Source of the DNA: an uncultured Gemmatimonadaceae bacterium
GTDB taxonomy: Bacteria; Gemmatimonadota; Gemmatimonadetes; Gemmatimonadales; Gemmatimonadaceae
Assembly (NCBI GenBank): GCA_963817955.1
Contig: CAWFQK010000004.1
Location: 96,001-160,000, forward strand
Direction of reading: 5' to 3'
Length of the DNA: 64,000 bases
Both the position numbers and the translations under genes were made by a program. Below the pieces are notes generated by a model, which was not told the DNA's origin, ran no database searches, and was given only the letters and a program-made list of their open reading frames with translations. This document shows, one piece after another, positions 20,109-29,592 of the stretch (positions are counted from its first letter, which is position 1; every line of letters starts with the position of its first letter).

Positions 20109-20613
20109 ACGAAATACCGTGAAGGCAGTACCTTGGCGACGCTCTGCCGCAGCGCAGATTTTGTCGCGGCACGCCCCGTCTCGTTCGCCGCACCGAACGG
20201 CTCGACGATGCTACGGAAGGCATCGCAGCCGCCGCGAAGATTCGGCTCAAGGCAGTCCCGGACTTGAGCTCGCTGACGACGCCGCGGGATAATGTGTCGA
20301 TGGAGCGGTTGCTCGCTTCGGCGGCCGCGATTGCCGAAGCGCCCGGTGGCACGAGGCTGTGCTGATCGACGGCGGTCTGCCGACCAATCTTATCGCGCAG
20401 CTCGATTCGCAACTCCTGCCGCTCATCGGCACCGACCAGGCTTTGCTCGCCGCTTGGCAGGCCGCCAAGCGCATCCAGCGCAAACCCGCCATCAAGATCG
20501 GGTCTACGACTGCGACGACGCCGTCGCTGGTCATCATCCCACCGTTCCCCACATCACCCGTTACCACACCGCCGGTAACTCCTCCGCCGGCGAGTGAAGT
20601 GCTGGCCGCGTAG
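20109..20613 (+). pseudogene. Decayed gene for a predicted helical protein with a Pro/Thr-rich tail
   Basis: Three protein-like fragments in three frames: (ACG)KYREGSTLATLCRSADFVAA..., IAAAAKIRLKAVPDLSSL...MERLLASAAAIAEA, and HEAVLIDGGLPTNLIAQLDSQLLPLIGTDQALLAAWQAAKRIQRKP...; ACG sits where a start is expected, after GAAGG. Confidence 0.6.
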
Positions 20614-20646
20614 TCCGTAACACCACGAGGTCACAACCCGCAGCAG

Positions 20647-20680
20647 ACGCGAACGGCCGCCCGAGGGCGGCCGTTCGCGT
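20647..20680. terminator. Perfect 16-bp inverted repeat, likely a bidirectional terminator
   Basis: ACGCGAACGGCCGCCC-GA-GGGCGGCCGTTCGCGT between the convergent pseudogene and tRNA-Val. Confidence 0.75.
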
Positions 20681-20693
20681 TCCTCCCCAACGA

Positions 20694-20767
20694 TGGTCAC
20701 GCACGGACTCGAACCGTGGACCTCTGCTGTGTGAAAGCAGCGCTCTAACCAGCTGAGCTACGCGACC
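20694..20767 (-). tRNA. tRNA-Val (CAC); CCA not encoded
   Basis: Cloverleaf GGTCGCG...CTGCT-TTCACAC-AGCAG...GGTTCGAGTCC...CGTGACC-A. Confidence 0.95.
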
Positions 20768-20847
20768 GAGCTTTGAAAAATAGATCACCGGGCTACGTGA
20801 AGGTAGGTGTGGGTGTTTGCCCTGGGCCTGGCCTTCTCGTCCATTAA

Positions 20848-20921
20848 TGGTCCCGGTGGGACTTGAACCCACGACCTGGCGATTATGAGTCGCTCGCTCT
20901 AACCAACTGAGCTACGGGACC
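20848..20921 (-). tRNA. tRNA with CAT anticodon, probably tRNA-Ile2 (lysidine); CCA not encoded
   Basis: GGTCCCG...GCGA-CTCATAA-TCGC...GGTTCAAGTCC...CGGGACC-A; C4-G69 and C5-G68 pairs; no initiator features. Confidence 0.88.
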
Positions 20922-20968
20922 GCTCTTCGTAGTTAGGTGACGACAGCCCGCCGCGCAAGCGTCTGCGA

Positions 20969-21982
20969 TCAGGCCGGCGTGCCGTCCAGCGCGGTCGCCA
21001 TGAACGCGTCGAATGCGTCGATGACTTCGTCCGGCGTGACGGTAGCGGCGCCCAGCTTGCCCACTTCAACGCCCGCCGCGTAGTTGGCGATGATCGCCGA
21101 CTCGGTAGGCGAGCCGCCGGCGGCGAGGGTCAAGGCCAGATACGCCGTCACCGTATCACCTGCTCCGACAACATCATACACCTCGCGCGCCACCGTCGGC
21201 ACGCGTTTGATCTGTCCTCCCGCCGACATCAGGACCATGCCGCGCTCGCCGAGGGTGAGCAGCAAATGATCCACTCCAAGCCGCGCGAGGGTCGTGGGCA
21301 GGGCGGCAGGGTGCTCCAGGTCGACGTCCGCTCCAAGGGCAGCCTCCAGTTCCCGGCGGTTGGGCTTGAAGATCGTGGCACCTCGGTAGAGAAAGAAGTT
21401 GCGGTACTTGGGATCTACGACGATTGGAATCCCGCGATCCCGCGCGATCTGCATCGCTGTTTCGATGACGCGCGGCACCAAGATGCCTTTGTTGTAGTCC
21501 TCGAGAATGAGGGCGTCGGCGGCCGAAACGGCCGTGCGCACGACGGCGAGCAGACGTTCCACATCGTCACCCTCGAGGTCGACGTCTTCTTCCTCGTCGA
21601 CGCGCACCACCTGTTGGGACCGGGCAACGATACGCGTCTTCGTCGTCGTGGGGCGATCGACCGCCACCAGAGATTCCAGGCTGGCGCCGATATCGCGCAG
21701 CATGGCGGAAAGCTGGCGACCGCCAGCATCGTCGCCGATCGCTGCGATCAGGTCGCATGCGGCTCCCACGGCGCGGACGTTCTGCGCCACGTTGCCAGCG
21801 CCTCCGAGCGCATACCGCCGCTCGCGCACGCGGACGACCGGAACCGGGGCTTCCGGCGATATACGGTCGATGTCGCCCCGGAGATATACGTCAAGCATGG
21901 CATCGCCGACAACGGCGACGCGGCGATCTGAGGCGGCGTGGAGCAGGGCCACCAGGCGGTCACGTGAGAGGGAACGGGGCAT
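20969..21982 (-). CDS. rfaE1: D-glycero-beta-D-manno-heptose-7-phosphate kinase (stand-alone HldE kinase domain)
   Basis: VGDAMLD.Y, RISPEAPVPV, GGAGNVA, DYNKG, DVVGAGDT. Confidence 0.92.
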   Translation of the reverse strand: MPRSLSRDRLVALLHAASDRRVAVVGDAMLDVYLRGDIDRISPEAPVPVVRVRERRYALGGAGNVAQNVRAVGAACDLIAAIGDDAGGRQLSAMLRDIGASLESLVAVDRPTTTKTRIVARSQQVVRVDEEEDVDLEGDDVERLLAVVRTAVSAADALILEDYNKGILVPRVIETAMQIARDRGIPIVVDPKYRNFFLYRGATIFKPNRRELEAALGADVDLEHPAALPTTLARLGVDHLLLTLGERGMVLMSAGGQIKRVPTVAREVYDVVGAGDTVTAYLALTLAAGGSPTESAIIANYAAGVEVGKLGAATVTPDEVIDAFDAFMATALDGTPA

Positions 21983-22103
21983 GGCGGCACAAGCTAGCGG
22001 CTGCCGCGATACGGGGTCAACGGAAAACTGGTTTCTGGGCACAGGCCTTGCGCCTTCCGGGCTCGACCGTCGCATCCCCGGCGAGACTCCCGACCACACA
22101 CGC

Positions 22104-22919
22104 TTGCCCGAAATCCTCACACGGCTCAACGACGCGGCAAAGGCGAAAGTCCGGACCGTTCAGGAGTATTTCGTCCTCGCCGGCAAATCGCTGCGGTTCA
22201 TCTTTGCGCGCCCGTTCTACGCCCAGGACGTGGTGCAGCAAATGGATGAGATCGGCGTCAAATCGCTCGGCATCGTGGTGCTGACGGGACTCTTCACCGG
22301 CATGGTGCTGGCGCTGCAATCGTCGGTGCAGCTCAAGACTTTCGGCGCCACGATGTACATCGGCAACCTCGTCTCCGCCTCGATGATCCGCGAGCTCGGA
22401 CCGGTGCTCGCTGGTCTGATGGTGGCCGGGCGCGTCGGGTCGGGCATTGCCGCACAGCTCGGGTCGATGCGAGTCACCGAGCAGATCGATGCGCTCAACA
22501 CCCTGGGCACCGACCCGATCAAGAAGCTCGTCACGCCGCGGCTACTCGCCGCGCTGATCATGGTTCCGATGCTGACGATCATCAACGATTTCGTCGGGAT
22601 CATCGGTGGCAACATCATCGCGTCGGCGGTCGTCGGTCTGCCCACGTCGCAATACTGGCGTACGGTGTGGACGCAAATCGCATCGGACGGCTTCACCCTG
22701 CGCTATTTCCCGAACGATTTCATACAGGGACTGTCGAAACCGCTGGTGTTCGGCGCGATCATCGCGATCACCGGCTGCTATTTCGGGCTCGGCACCACCG
22801 GCGGGACCGAAGGGGTGGGGCAAAGCACAACCCGAACGGTGGTGACGTCGAGCATTCTCATTCTCATCGTCGACTACTTCATCACCCAGCTCTTGCTCTC
22901 GGTGCTCGCGTATGGCTGA
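22104..22919 (+). CDS. mlaE: MlaE family ABC transporter permease
   Basis: IRELGPVL, AGRVGS, GSMRVTEQIDAL, TTGGTEGVG; TTG start assumed. Confidence 0.9.
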   Translation: MPEILTRLNDAAKAKVRTVQEYFVLAGKSLRFIFARPFYAQDVVQQMDEIGVKSLGIVVLTGLFTGMVLALQSSVQLKTFGATMYIGNLVSASMIRELGPVLAGLMVAGRVGSGIAAQLGSMRVTEQIDALNTLGTDPIKKLVTPRLLAALIMVPMLTIINDFVGIIGGNIIASAVVGLPTSQYWRTVWTQIASDGFTLRYFPNDFIQGLSKPLVFGAIIAITGCYFGLGTTGGTEGVGQSTTRTVVTSSILILIVDYFITQLLLSVLAYG

Positions 22920-23817
22920 CGACCTGGCGGACAGCGATCGGCGCGAGGGCGACCGCCGCGGCGGAACAGAAGCGGTCAATGGGCGCACGACGGCATCGGT
23001 GCGCAAAGCGATTCGCACGGAACTCGACAAGGACGCGTCGGCGATGCACGGTCGCGCCGCGAGCCGCGAGCGTGGGCCGAACGCGCCGCCGGTGGTCGAG
23101 TTGAAAGACATCTCGTTGGCCTTCGACGTTCCCATTCTCGAGGACATTTCGCTCTCGGTGGGAGAAGGCGAGACGATCGCGATCGTCGGCGAATCGGGGA
23201 CGGGTAAGTCGACGATTCTCAAGCTGATTCTGCGTCTGCTCGTGCCAGACCGCGGGCTCGTGCTGGTCGACGGCGAGGACATCACCAACCTGACGTTCGA
23301 AGAGGCGCTGCGCGTGCGGCAGAAGATGGGAATGGTCTTTCAAGGTGCAGCCCTGTTCGACTCGATGACGGTGTTCGAGAACGTGGCCTATCCGGTGCGG
23401 GAGCACACCGACCTCGGCGAGGAGGAAATCGAGCGCCGGGTGCGTGAGAAGCTGGAATTCGTGGATCTGGAACCCGATCGCGTCATGGACCAGATGCCTT
23501 CAGAGCTCTCAGGCGGCATGCGCAAACGCGTTGGCATTGCGCGGGGAATTGCGAACAATCCTGAAATCATGCTCTACGATGAGCCAACGTCGGGCCTGGA
23601 TCCGTTGACGACCGGAACGATCACCCGGCTGATCACCAAGCTCCAGCGCGAGCTGGGCGTCACCAGCATCGTCGTCTCGCACGACATTCGCTCCGTCTTT
23701 CGCATGGCCAGCAAGGTCGCGCTGCTCTATGACCACCACATCACGTTCTTCGGCACACCGGAAGAAATGACGGGCGCCGACAATACGTACATCCGCGATT
23801 TCCTGGGCGGGATGTAA
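22912..23817 (+). CDS. mlaF: MlaF family ABC transporter ATP-binding protein
   Basis: GESGTGKS, FQGAALFDS, LSGGMRKRV, YDEPTSGLDP. Confidence 0.92.
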   Translation: MADDLADSDRREGDRRGGTEAVNGRTTASVRKAIRTELDKDASAMHGRAASRERGPNAPPVVELKDISLAFDVPILEDISLSVGEGETIAIVGESGTGKSTILKLILRLLVPDRGLVLVDGEDITNLTFEEALRVRQKMGMVFQGAALFDSMTVFENVAYPVREHTDLGEEEIERRVREKLEFVDLEPDRVMDQMPSELSGGMRKRVGIARGIANNPEIMLYDEPTSGLDPLTTGTITRLITKLQRELGVTSIVVSHDIRSVFRMASKVALLYDHHITFFGTPEEMTGADNTYIRDFLGGM

Positions 23818-23819
23818 TC

Positions 23820-24806
23820 ATGAAACGCTCCTCGTTCATCACGTGGGATCAGCTCAAGGTGGGCGCGGTCATCCTCGCCGCGCTCGCGGTGCTCGCGGTC
23901 GCGATCTACAAGCTCGGTCAGGCGGCCAATCTGTTTTCCCGCCGGTACGAGCTGCTCGCCTACCTCCCGAACGCCAATGGACTCACTGCCGGCGGCACCG
24001 TGTTCATTGCCGGACAATTCGCCGGAACCATCAAGTCCATCGAGTTCATGCCTGTCGATTATGACACGACGCGCAACCTGCGCGTCCGGATGGCCATCGA
24101 TGAGTCGCTGCAGCCGCAAATCCGCCGCGACTCGAAGGCGAAGGTGCGCACACTCGGGTTGCTCGGCGACAAGGTCATCGACATTTCGGTGGGTACGCCG
24201 CGCTACGCCATGCTGAAGAATGATGACACCGTCCCGGTTGCGCCGTCGCTCGACTACGACGCCGTTCTGGCGCAAGCGGCGGGCGCCGTCAATGACATGG
24301 TCGGTCTCACGCACGACCTGCGGCAGATCACCGGCGGCATTACCAGGGGCGAAGGTACCATCGGGCAATTGGTGACGAACCGCGCGCTCTACGATCAGCT
24401 GCTGGGCACCATGGGCCGCGCCAACACGATGATGGCGCAGTTCCAGAATCCGAACGGGACGTTCGCGCACCTGCTGGACGATCCCACGCTGTACAACCGA
24501 TTCGTCTCGGTGCTGACGTCCGCTGACTCCCTTGTACTAGCTCTCAACAACAAGAATGGTACGTTGGGCAAGTTGCTCCGGGACGATACGTTGTACACGC
24601 ACATCGTGAATATGGCAGCCGCGGGGGACTCGCTCATGCGGATGCTGACCAACGGCCAGGGGCTCGCCGGCCGCCTGCTGAACGACCCGACTCTCTACGA
24701 CCGGCTGAACAAGCTGACGACCGATCTCGGGACGATTCTCGACGATGTGCGAAAGGATCCGCACCGGTATTTGCGCGGAATGATCTGCGTGTTGAACTGC
24801 AAGTAG
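23820..24806 (+). CDS. mlaD: MlaD/MCE family protein
   Basis: N-terminal TM, GLLGDK motif, helical tail with GTIGQL/GTLGKLL repeats. Confidence 0.88.
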   Translation: MKRSSFITWDQLKVGAVILAALAVLAVAIYKLGQAANLFSRRYELLAYLPNANGLTAGGTVFIAGQFAGTIKSIEFMPVDYDTTRNLRVRMAIDESLQPQIRRDSKAKVRTLGLLGDKVIDISVGTPRYAMLKNDDTVPVAPSLDYDAVLAQAAGAVNDMVGLTHDLRQITGGITRGEGTIGQLVTNRALYDQLLGTMGRANTMMAQFQNPNGTFAHLLDDPTLYNRFVSVLTSADSLVLALNNKNGTLGKLLRDDTLYTHIVNMAAAGDSLMRMLTNGQGLAGRLLNDPTLYDRLNKLTTDLGTILDDVRKDPHRYLRGMICVLNCK

Positions 24807-24816
24807 CCGCTATGCA

Positions 24817-24845
24817 TTGACGGGTCTGGCGCGCCGGCGTACACT
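24817..24845 (+). promoter_or_regulatory. Sigma70 promoter, near-leaderless, for the DMT transporter gene
   Basis: TTGACG-17 bp-TACACT, 8 nt before the ATG. Confidence 0.65.
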
Positions 24846-24853
24846 CCCGCGCC

Positions 24854-25750
24854 ATGCCTGCCTCTCTCGTATTGTGTCTGGCGCTGATCGGCATCTCGTT
24901 CGCCGGACCGCTCGTCCGCCTCTCGCACGCTCATCCACTGGCGATCGCGATCTGGCGGCTCGGGTTCTCTCTCGTCATCATCGTCATCGCGCTGTTGGTC
25001 ACGGGGACGTGGCGGCAGTGGAGGCGCCTCGATCGTACGGGCACGTTCGTCGCCGTTGGCGCTGGCGGCATGCTTGCGCTGCATTTCTGGAGTTGGAATA
25101 CCTCGATCGGTCTGACGACAGTCGCGGCTTCGGTCGTTCTGGTGAACATGCAGCCCGCACTGGTGGCGCTGTTGTCTGCCGGGTGGCTCCGTGAGCCGCC
25201 GAGCCCTGGACAATGGACCGGAATCGGGATTGCCATGCTCGGGGCGCTCGTCGTCGCCCTGCCCGATCTGCTGACATCTCAGGGTGGCGCCACCGGACGC
25301 GCGCTGCTCGGCGACGGCCTGGCGTTGGCCGGAGCGGCCACAGCGGCGTGCTACTTTGTCGCCGGCAGACGGCTTCGTTCGACGCTGGACATTTGGCCGT
25401 ACGTCGCCGTCGTCTACGGTACATGCTTTGTGGTGTTGCTCGTGCTCGCAGCGATCGTGCACGCGCCCGTTCTGCGACAGCCTCCCCGCGAAATGGGGAT
25501 ATTTCTTGCGCTCGCGGTCGGGCCGATGCTGTTCGGACACACGGGGCTGAACTGGGCACTCAAGTATCTGCCCGCCTATGTGGTGAATCTCACACTGCTC
25601 GGTGAGCCCGTCGGCGCGACCATTCTTGCGGCGGTCCTTCCGGGTATTCGCGAGGTGCCGGGCGTTTCGGCGCTGATCGGTGGCGCCCTCATCCTGGCGG
25701 GCATCTACGTCACGGCCCGCCTGGCTCGGCCCGTGGCCGCCTCGGCTTGA
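24854..25750 (+). CDS. DMT/EamA family transporter
   Basis: About 10 TM segments; LALHFWSW, GHTGLNWAL, LGEPVGA. Confidence 0.9.
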   Translation: MPASLVLCLALIGISFAGPLVRLSHAHPLAIAIWRLGFSLVIIVIALLVTGTWRQWRRLDRTGTFVAVGAGGMLALHFWSWNTSIGLTTVAASVVLVNMQPALVALLSAGWLREPPSPGQWTGIGIAMLGALVVALPDLLTSQGGATGRALLGDGLALAGAATAACYFVAGRRLRSTLDIWPYVAVVYGTCFVVLLVLAAIVHAPVLRQPPREMGIFLALAVGPMLFGHTGLNWALKYLPAYVVNLTLLGEPVGATILAAVLPGIREVPGVSALIGGALILAGIYVTARLARPVAASA

Positions 25751-25857
25751 TCGCCGAGTGCGCTCTCTGCCACGCTCCGATTAGATTTCGTAGCAGTAGT
25801 CAGAATCGATCCGTCGACCTGGCAGCGTCTCACGAATTGCGGACGGCTACCCACCAG

Positions 25858-26847
25858 ATGAAATCGCTCGAGCTCGACGTCGTCGCCACGCGAGGTGCGG
25901 ATATCGAATCCCGGCACCGCGTGCACGCCGCCGTCGTCGGCGCCGACGATACGCTCGTCGGCCGGGCGCATGATGCGCGCCTCGTAAGTTCATGGCGCTC
26001 GTGCGCCAAGCCGTTTCAGGTCATGCCGTTCGTTGAATCAGGTGGCTTCGACCAGCTGCATTGGGGCGACGACGAGCTTGCGTTGTCCTGTGCGTCCCAT
26101 GGCGGTGAGCCGGAGCATGTCGCCCTTGCAGAGCGCATGCTGAACGACATCGGCCTCGAAGAAGGCGATCTCGCCTGCGGCCCGCACGATCCGCTGTCGT
26201 CGCGTGGCATGAAGCTTCTGCGCGAGTCCGGCGCGCGCGTGACGCGGCTGCACAACAACTGCTCCGGCAAGCACGCATCGATGCTCGCGCGCGCGCAAAC
26301 GGCGGGGTGGCACACCTACGGGTATGAGCGCCGAGATCATCCGGTGCAGCGGTGCTGTCTGGAGTCTGTGGCCAAGTGGGCCGGTCTGGCGGATCACGAG
26401 GTGCGCCAGGCGGTGGATGGCTGCGGCGTGGTCGCATTCGCCCTGCCGCTGGAGAACATGGCGCGCGCGTGGTCGCGTCTCGCCCGCGGGGCGCGCGACG
26501 ATAACGAAATTCCCGCGCGGATCGTGCACGCCATCCAGACGCGGCCTTTCCTCATCGGCGGCACTGACCGGTTCGACTCGGTCCTGATCGAGGAGACGGG
26601 CGGGCGCGTGATTGCCAAGATCGGCGCAGAGGGCGTTCATTCCGTTGCGGTGCCGGAGCAGGGAATTGGATTCGCGGTGAAGGTCGACGACGGCGCCCAG
26701 CGAGCGCAGTTCCCGGCGGTCATTCGCATTCTGCAAATATTCGATGCGCTTCCCGCCGCGCTGCCCGTGCGTCTCGAGGAGTTTCTGCACCGGTCGGTGA
26801 GAAACACCCGCGGCGAAGTGGTTGGCGAAATCCGTCTCGCCTCCTGA
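25858..26847 (+). CDS. Asparaginase II family (Rhizobium etli type, class 3)
   Basis: RSCAKPFQ, CASHGGE, HNNCSGKH, DGCG, AKIGAEG. Confidence 0.88.
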   Translation: MKSLELDVVATRGADIESRHRVHAAVVGADDTLVGRAHDARLVSSWRSCAKPFQVMPFVESGGFDQLHWGDDELALSCASHGGEPEHVALAERMLNDIGLEEGDLACGPHDPLSSRGMKLLRESGARVTRLHNNCSGKHASMLARAQTAGWHTYGYERRDHPVQRCCLESVAKWAGLADHEVRQAVDGCGVVAFALPLENMARAWSRLARGARDDNEIPARIVHAIQTRPFLIGGTDRFDSVLIEETGGRVIAKIGAEGVHSVAVPEQGIGFAVKVDDGAQRAQFPAVIRILQIFDALPAALPVRLEEFLHRSVRNTRGEVVGEIRLAS

Positions 26848-26887
26848 CCCAGGCCGGAAATCCCTTGCGCCTACGCGACGCCGAACG

Positions 26888-27520
26888 ATGACGCCGCCCC
26901 TTCGCTCCACCGAGATATTGTCGGTGCTGGACGACGCCACGCGGGCGCTCGTCCGGTTGTCGGCTGTCATTACGTGTGGTTGTGAACAGGAGATTCGTGA
27001 CGCGATTACTCAGGCGCCGCTCGTCATTCCGGGGCTGTGGGTCGAAGAGTTGCTGCTGCAGAGCTATCTGTTCGCCGGCTTCCCGCGGGCGCTCAACGCG
27101 ACGCGCGAATGGCGGCGCGTTCAGCCGGAGCCGTTGTCACCGATCGAGCCGGCCGCGTTGGATCGGTGGCGTGAGAACGGCGTCACGACCTGCTCTGCAG
27201 TGTACGGGTCCATGTACGAGCGGCTGCGCGGGAACATCCGTGCGCTGCACCCACAGCTCGATGACTGGATGATTACCGAAGGCTATGGCAAGGTGCTGTC
27301 TCGCCCTGGCTTGGATCTGGCGCGGCGCGAGCTCTGCATCGTCGCCGCGTGCGCGGCGGCCGCGCAGGACCGTCAGCTGCACTCGCACCTTCACGGCGCG
27401 CTGAATGTCGGCGTCGCCCCCGTAGTGCTCGACGAAGTCATTGCGTCGCTGTCTGGCGTGCTCGGCGATCGTCGCGCCCAATCTGTGCGCCTGTTGTGGG
27501 CGCGAGTCAAAGGAAAGTGA
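26888..27520 (+). CDS. Carboxymuconolactone decarboxylase (CMD/AhpD-like) family protein
   Basis: QSYLFAGFPRALN, YGKVLSRPGLD...REL, QLHSHLHGALNVG. Confidence 0.8.
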   Translation: MTPPLRSTEILSVLDDATRALVRLSAVITCGCEQEIRDAITQAPLVIPGLWVEELLLQSYLFAGFPRALNATREWRRVQPEPLSPIEPAALDRWRENGVTTCSAVYGSMYERLRGNIRALHPQLDDWMITEGYGKVLSRPGLDLARRELCIVAACAAAAQDRQLHSHLHGALNVGVAPVVLDEVIASLSGVLGDRRAQSVRLLWARVKGK

Positions 27521-27524
27521 CGGC

Positions 27525-28544
27525 ATGTTCATCGATCGCGTAGTAGTGAACGTCAAGGCGGGCGACGGCGGCTCGGGCATGACTTCCTTCCGGCGGGAAA
27601 AGTTCATCCCGTTGGGCGGTCCCGATGGCGGCGACGGGGGGCGCGGCGGCGACGTCATCGTGATCGGCGACAGCAACCTCGCGACGTTGCTGGACTACAC
27701 CTACCGTGACGCGTGGACCGCACCGGCGGGTGAACATGGGTCCGGCAACAACAAGACAGGTCGGTCCGGTTCGGACATCGTCCTGCCGGTCCCGACCGGG
27801 ACAGTGATCAGGGATCTCGAAACATCGGCGCTCGTGGGTGAGGTGCTCGAGGACGGAGACCGGATCGTCGTCGCCAAGGGAGGACGTGGGGGAAAGGGCA
27901 ATTCGTTCTTCGCGACTCCGACGCATCAGGCGCCACGCGAATATCAGCCGGGCGAAGACGGCGAGGCCCGGACGCTCGAGCTCGAGCTCAAGCTGATCGC
28001 CGATGTCGGGCTCGTTGGCCAACCGAATGCCGGGAAGTCCACACTCCTCTCCGTCGTTTCGGCCGCGCGGCCCAAAATTGGCGACTATCCGTTCACGACG
28101 CTGAGCCCGAATCTGGGCGTGGTGCAGCTCAGCGACAATCGCACGTTCGTGGTCGCCGACATCCCAGGTATCATCGAGGGCGCGCACGAGGGCCGCGGGC
28201 TGGGGTTGAAGTTCCTGCGGCACATCGAGCGGACGCGTGTGCTCGCTTTTCTCGTGCCCATCGACGCCATGGACTGGCAGGAGGAATATGATCAGCTTCG
28301 GCGCGAGATCGAGTCCTACTCCACGGAACTGGCGCAGAAGCCACATTGCGTCGTGTTCACGAAAATGGACTTGCTTGGCGATGAGACGCCGCCGCCCGTC
28401 GACGCACCCGATGCGTTTGGCGTGTACGCCATCAGCGCCGCCGGCCGGATCGGATTGGACGCGCTGCTCTCCGCTTGGTGGAGCCGTCTGCTTGATATGA
28501 AGAAGACCGTTGTCCGGCGAACCGAGTCGATCGAGCTCCCCTGA
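27525..28544 (+). CDS. obgE: GTPase ObgE
   Basis: MFIDRV, Gly-rich Obg domain, VGQPNAGKST, DYPFTTL, DIPGII. Confidence 0.97.
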   Translation: MFIDRVVVNVKAGDGGSGMTSFRREKFIPLGGPDGGDGGRGGDVIVIGDSNLATLLDYTYRDAWTAPAGEHGSGNNKTGRSGSDIVLPVPTGTVIRDLETSALVGEVLEDGDRIVVAKGGRGGKGNSFFATPTHQAPREYQPGEDGEARTLELELKLIADVGLVGQPNAGKSTLLSVVSAARPKIGDYPFTTLSPNLGVVQLSDNRTFVVADIPGIIEGAHEGRGLGLKFLRHIERTRVLAFLVPIDAMDWQEEYDQLRREIESYSTELAQKPHCVVFTKMDLLGDETPPPVDAPDAFGVYAISAAGRIGLDALLSAWWSRLLDMKKTVVRRTESIELP

Positions 28545-29568
28545 CGAACGTCGTGCCGCGCTGGCGCTGACGCTCGTTGCCGATGTCGGCAGCGTCACCC
28601 ATCGCCAACTGATTGAGCGGTTTTGTACCGCGTCGCGCGCATTGGATGCTGGATTTGCGCGCCACGTCGTGCGTGAAGCGTACGAGGCCGCCGATGTTCA
28701 GTTACGCGACGGTGACGCGCGCGGCTTGGCGCTCACGACCACGACGGATGCCTCGTATCCGGCCGCGTTGCGCGAGCTGAATGATCCCCCCGCCGTGCTC
28801 TGGTCGCGCGGTGATTGGAACGTGCTGCAGCCGCCGGTGGTGGCGGTCGTCGGGACGCGCCGTTCCACCGGATACGGCCAGCGCGTGACGCGCGAGATCG
28901 TCTCCGCGCTCGCGCGTCGCGGCGCATGCATCGTCAGCGGTATGGCCCTGGGAATCGACGGCGTCGCGCACCGCGCGGCTCTCGACGCCGGCGGCCGCAC
29001 CGTTGCGGTGCTCGGGACAGGCGCCGATGTCGTCTATCCACGGGCCCATGCCGCGTTGCACCGTGAGATCTCAGAACGCGGCCTCGTCTTGTCGGAACTT
29101 CCTCCCGGCGCGCGCTCGGACGGCGGCTCGTTTCCGCGTCGAAATCGCATCATCGCTGGCCTGGCGCAGCTCACGATCGTCGTCGAGGCACCGAGGGACA
29201 GTGGGGCGCTGTTGACGTCAAATCGCGCGCTCGAGCTCGGGCGCGACGTTTCCGCCGTTCCCGGCTTGATCGACTCCCCGCAAAGCGAGGGATCGAACAA
29301 CTTGCTGCGCGAGGGTGCCCACGTCATCACGTCCGTGTCCGACGCGCTCCATCTCGTGGGACTTTCGCCGATCGCGCGGATCACGCCCGATCTCCGGACC
29401 GGCCCGGAGCGAGCGATCTGGCATGCGTTGCACGAGCGCGGCCTCATGCTCGACGAACTCTGTGCCCGATCCGCGCTCCCCGTTGTCGAGTGTCTCACCG
29501 CCGTCACCACGATGGAGATGCGCGGCGTCATCGAGTGCGTGATCACTGGTGAGATCCGTCGCCGGTAA
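28510..29568 (+). CDS. dprA: DNA-processing protein DprA (start uncertain)
   Basis: VAVVGTR, SGMALGIDG.AH, FPRRNRIIAG, SGALLT. Confidence 0.93.
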   Translation: MSGEPSRSSSPDERRAALALTLVADVGSVTHRQLIERFCTASRALDAGFARHVVREAYEAADVQLRDGDARGLALTTTTDASYPAALRELNDPPAVLWSRGDWNVLQPPVVAVVGTRRSTGYGQRVTREIVSALARRGACIVSGMALGIDGVAHRAALDAGGRTVAVLGTGADVVYPRAHAALHREISERGLVLSELPPGARSDGGSFPRRNRIIAGLAQLTIVVEAPRDSGALLTSNRALELGRDVSAVPGLIDSPQSEGSNNLLREGAHVITSVSDALHLVGLSPIARITPDLRTGPERAIWHALHERGLMLDELCARSALPVVECLTAVTTMEMRGVIECVITGEIRRR

Positions 29569-29592
29569 GTGCGCCGGTCCGTATATTCCGAA

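Noticed and set aside
18795..20700. Integrative element at tRNA-Val
   Set aside because: I found no duplicated tRNA 3' end (att site) at the left border and no integrase or transposase.
17481..20921. Functional link between the hflX ATA start and the nearby AUA-decoding tRNA-Ile2
   Set aside because: Initiation uses fMet-tRNA regardless of the start codon, so the proximity is probably coincidental.
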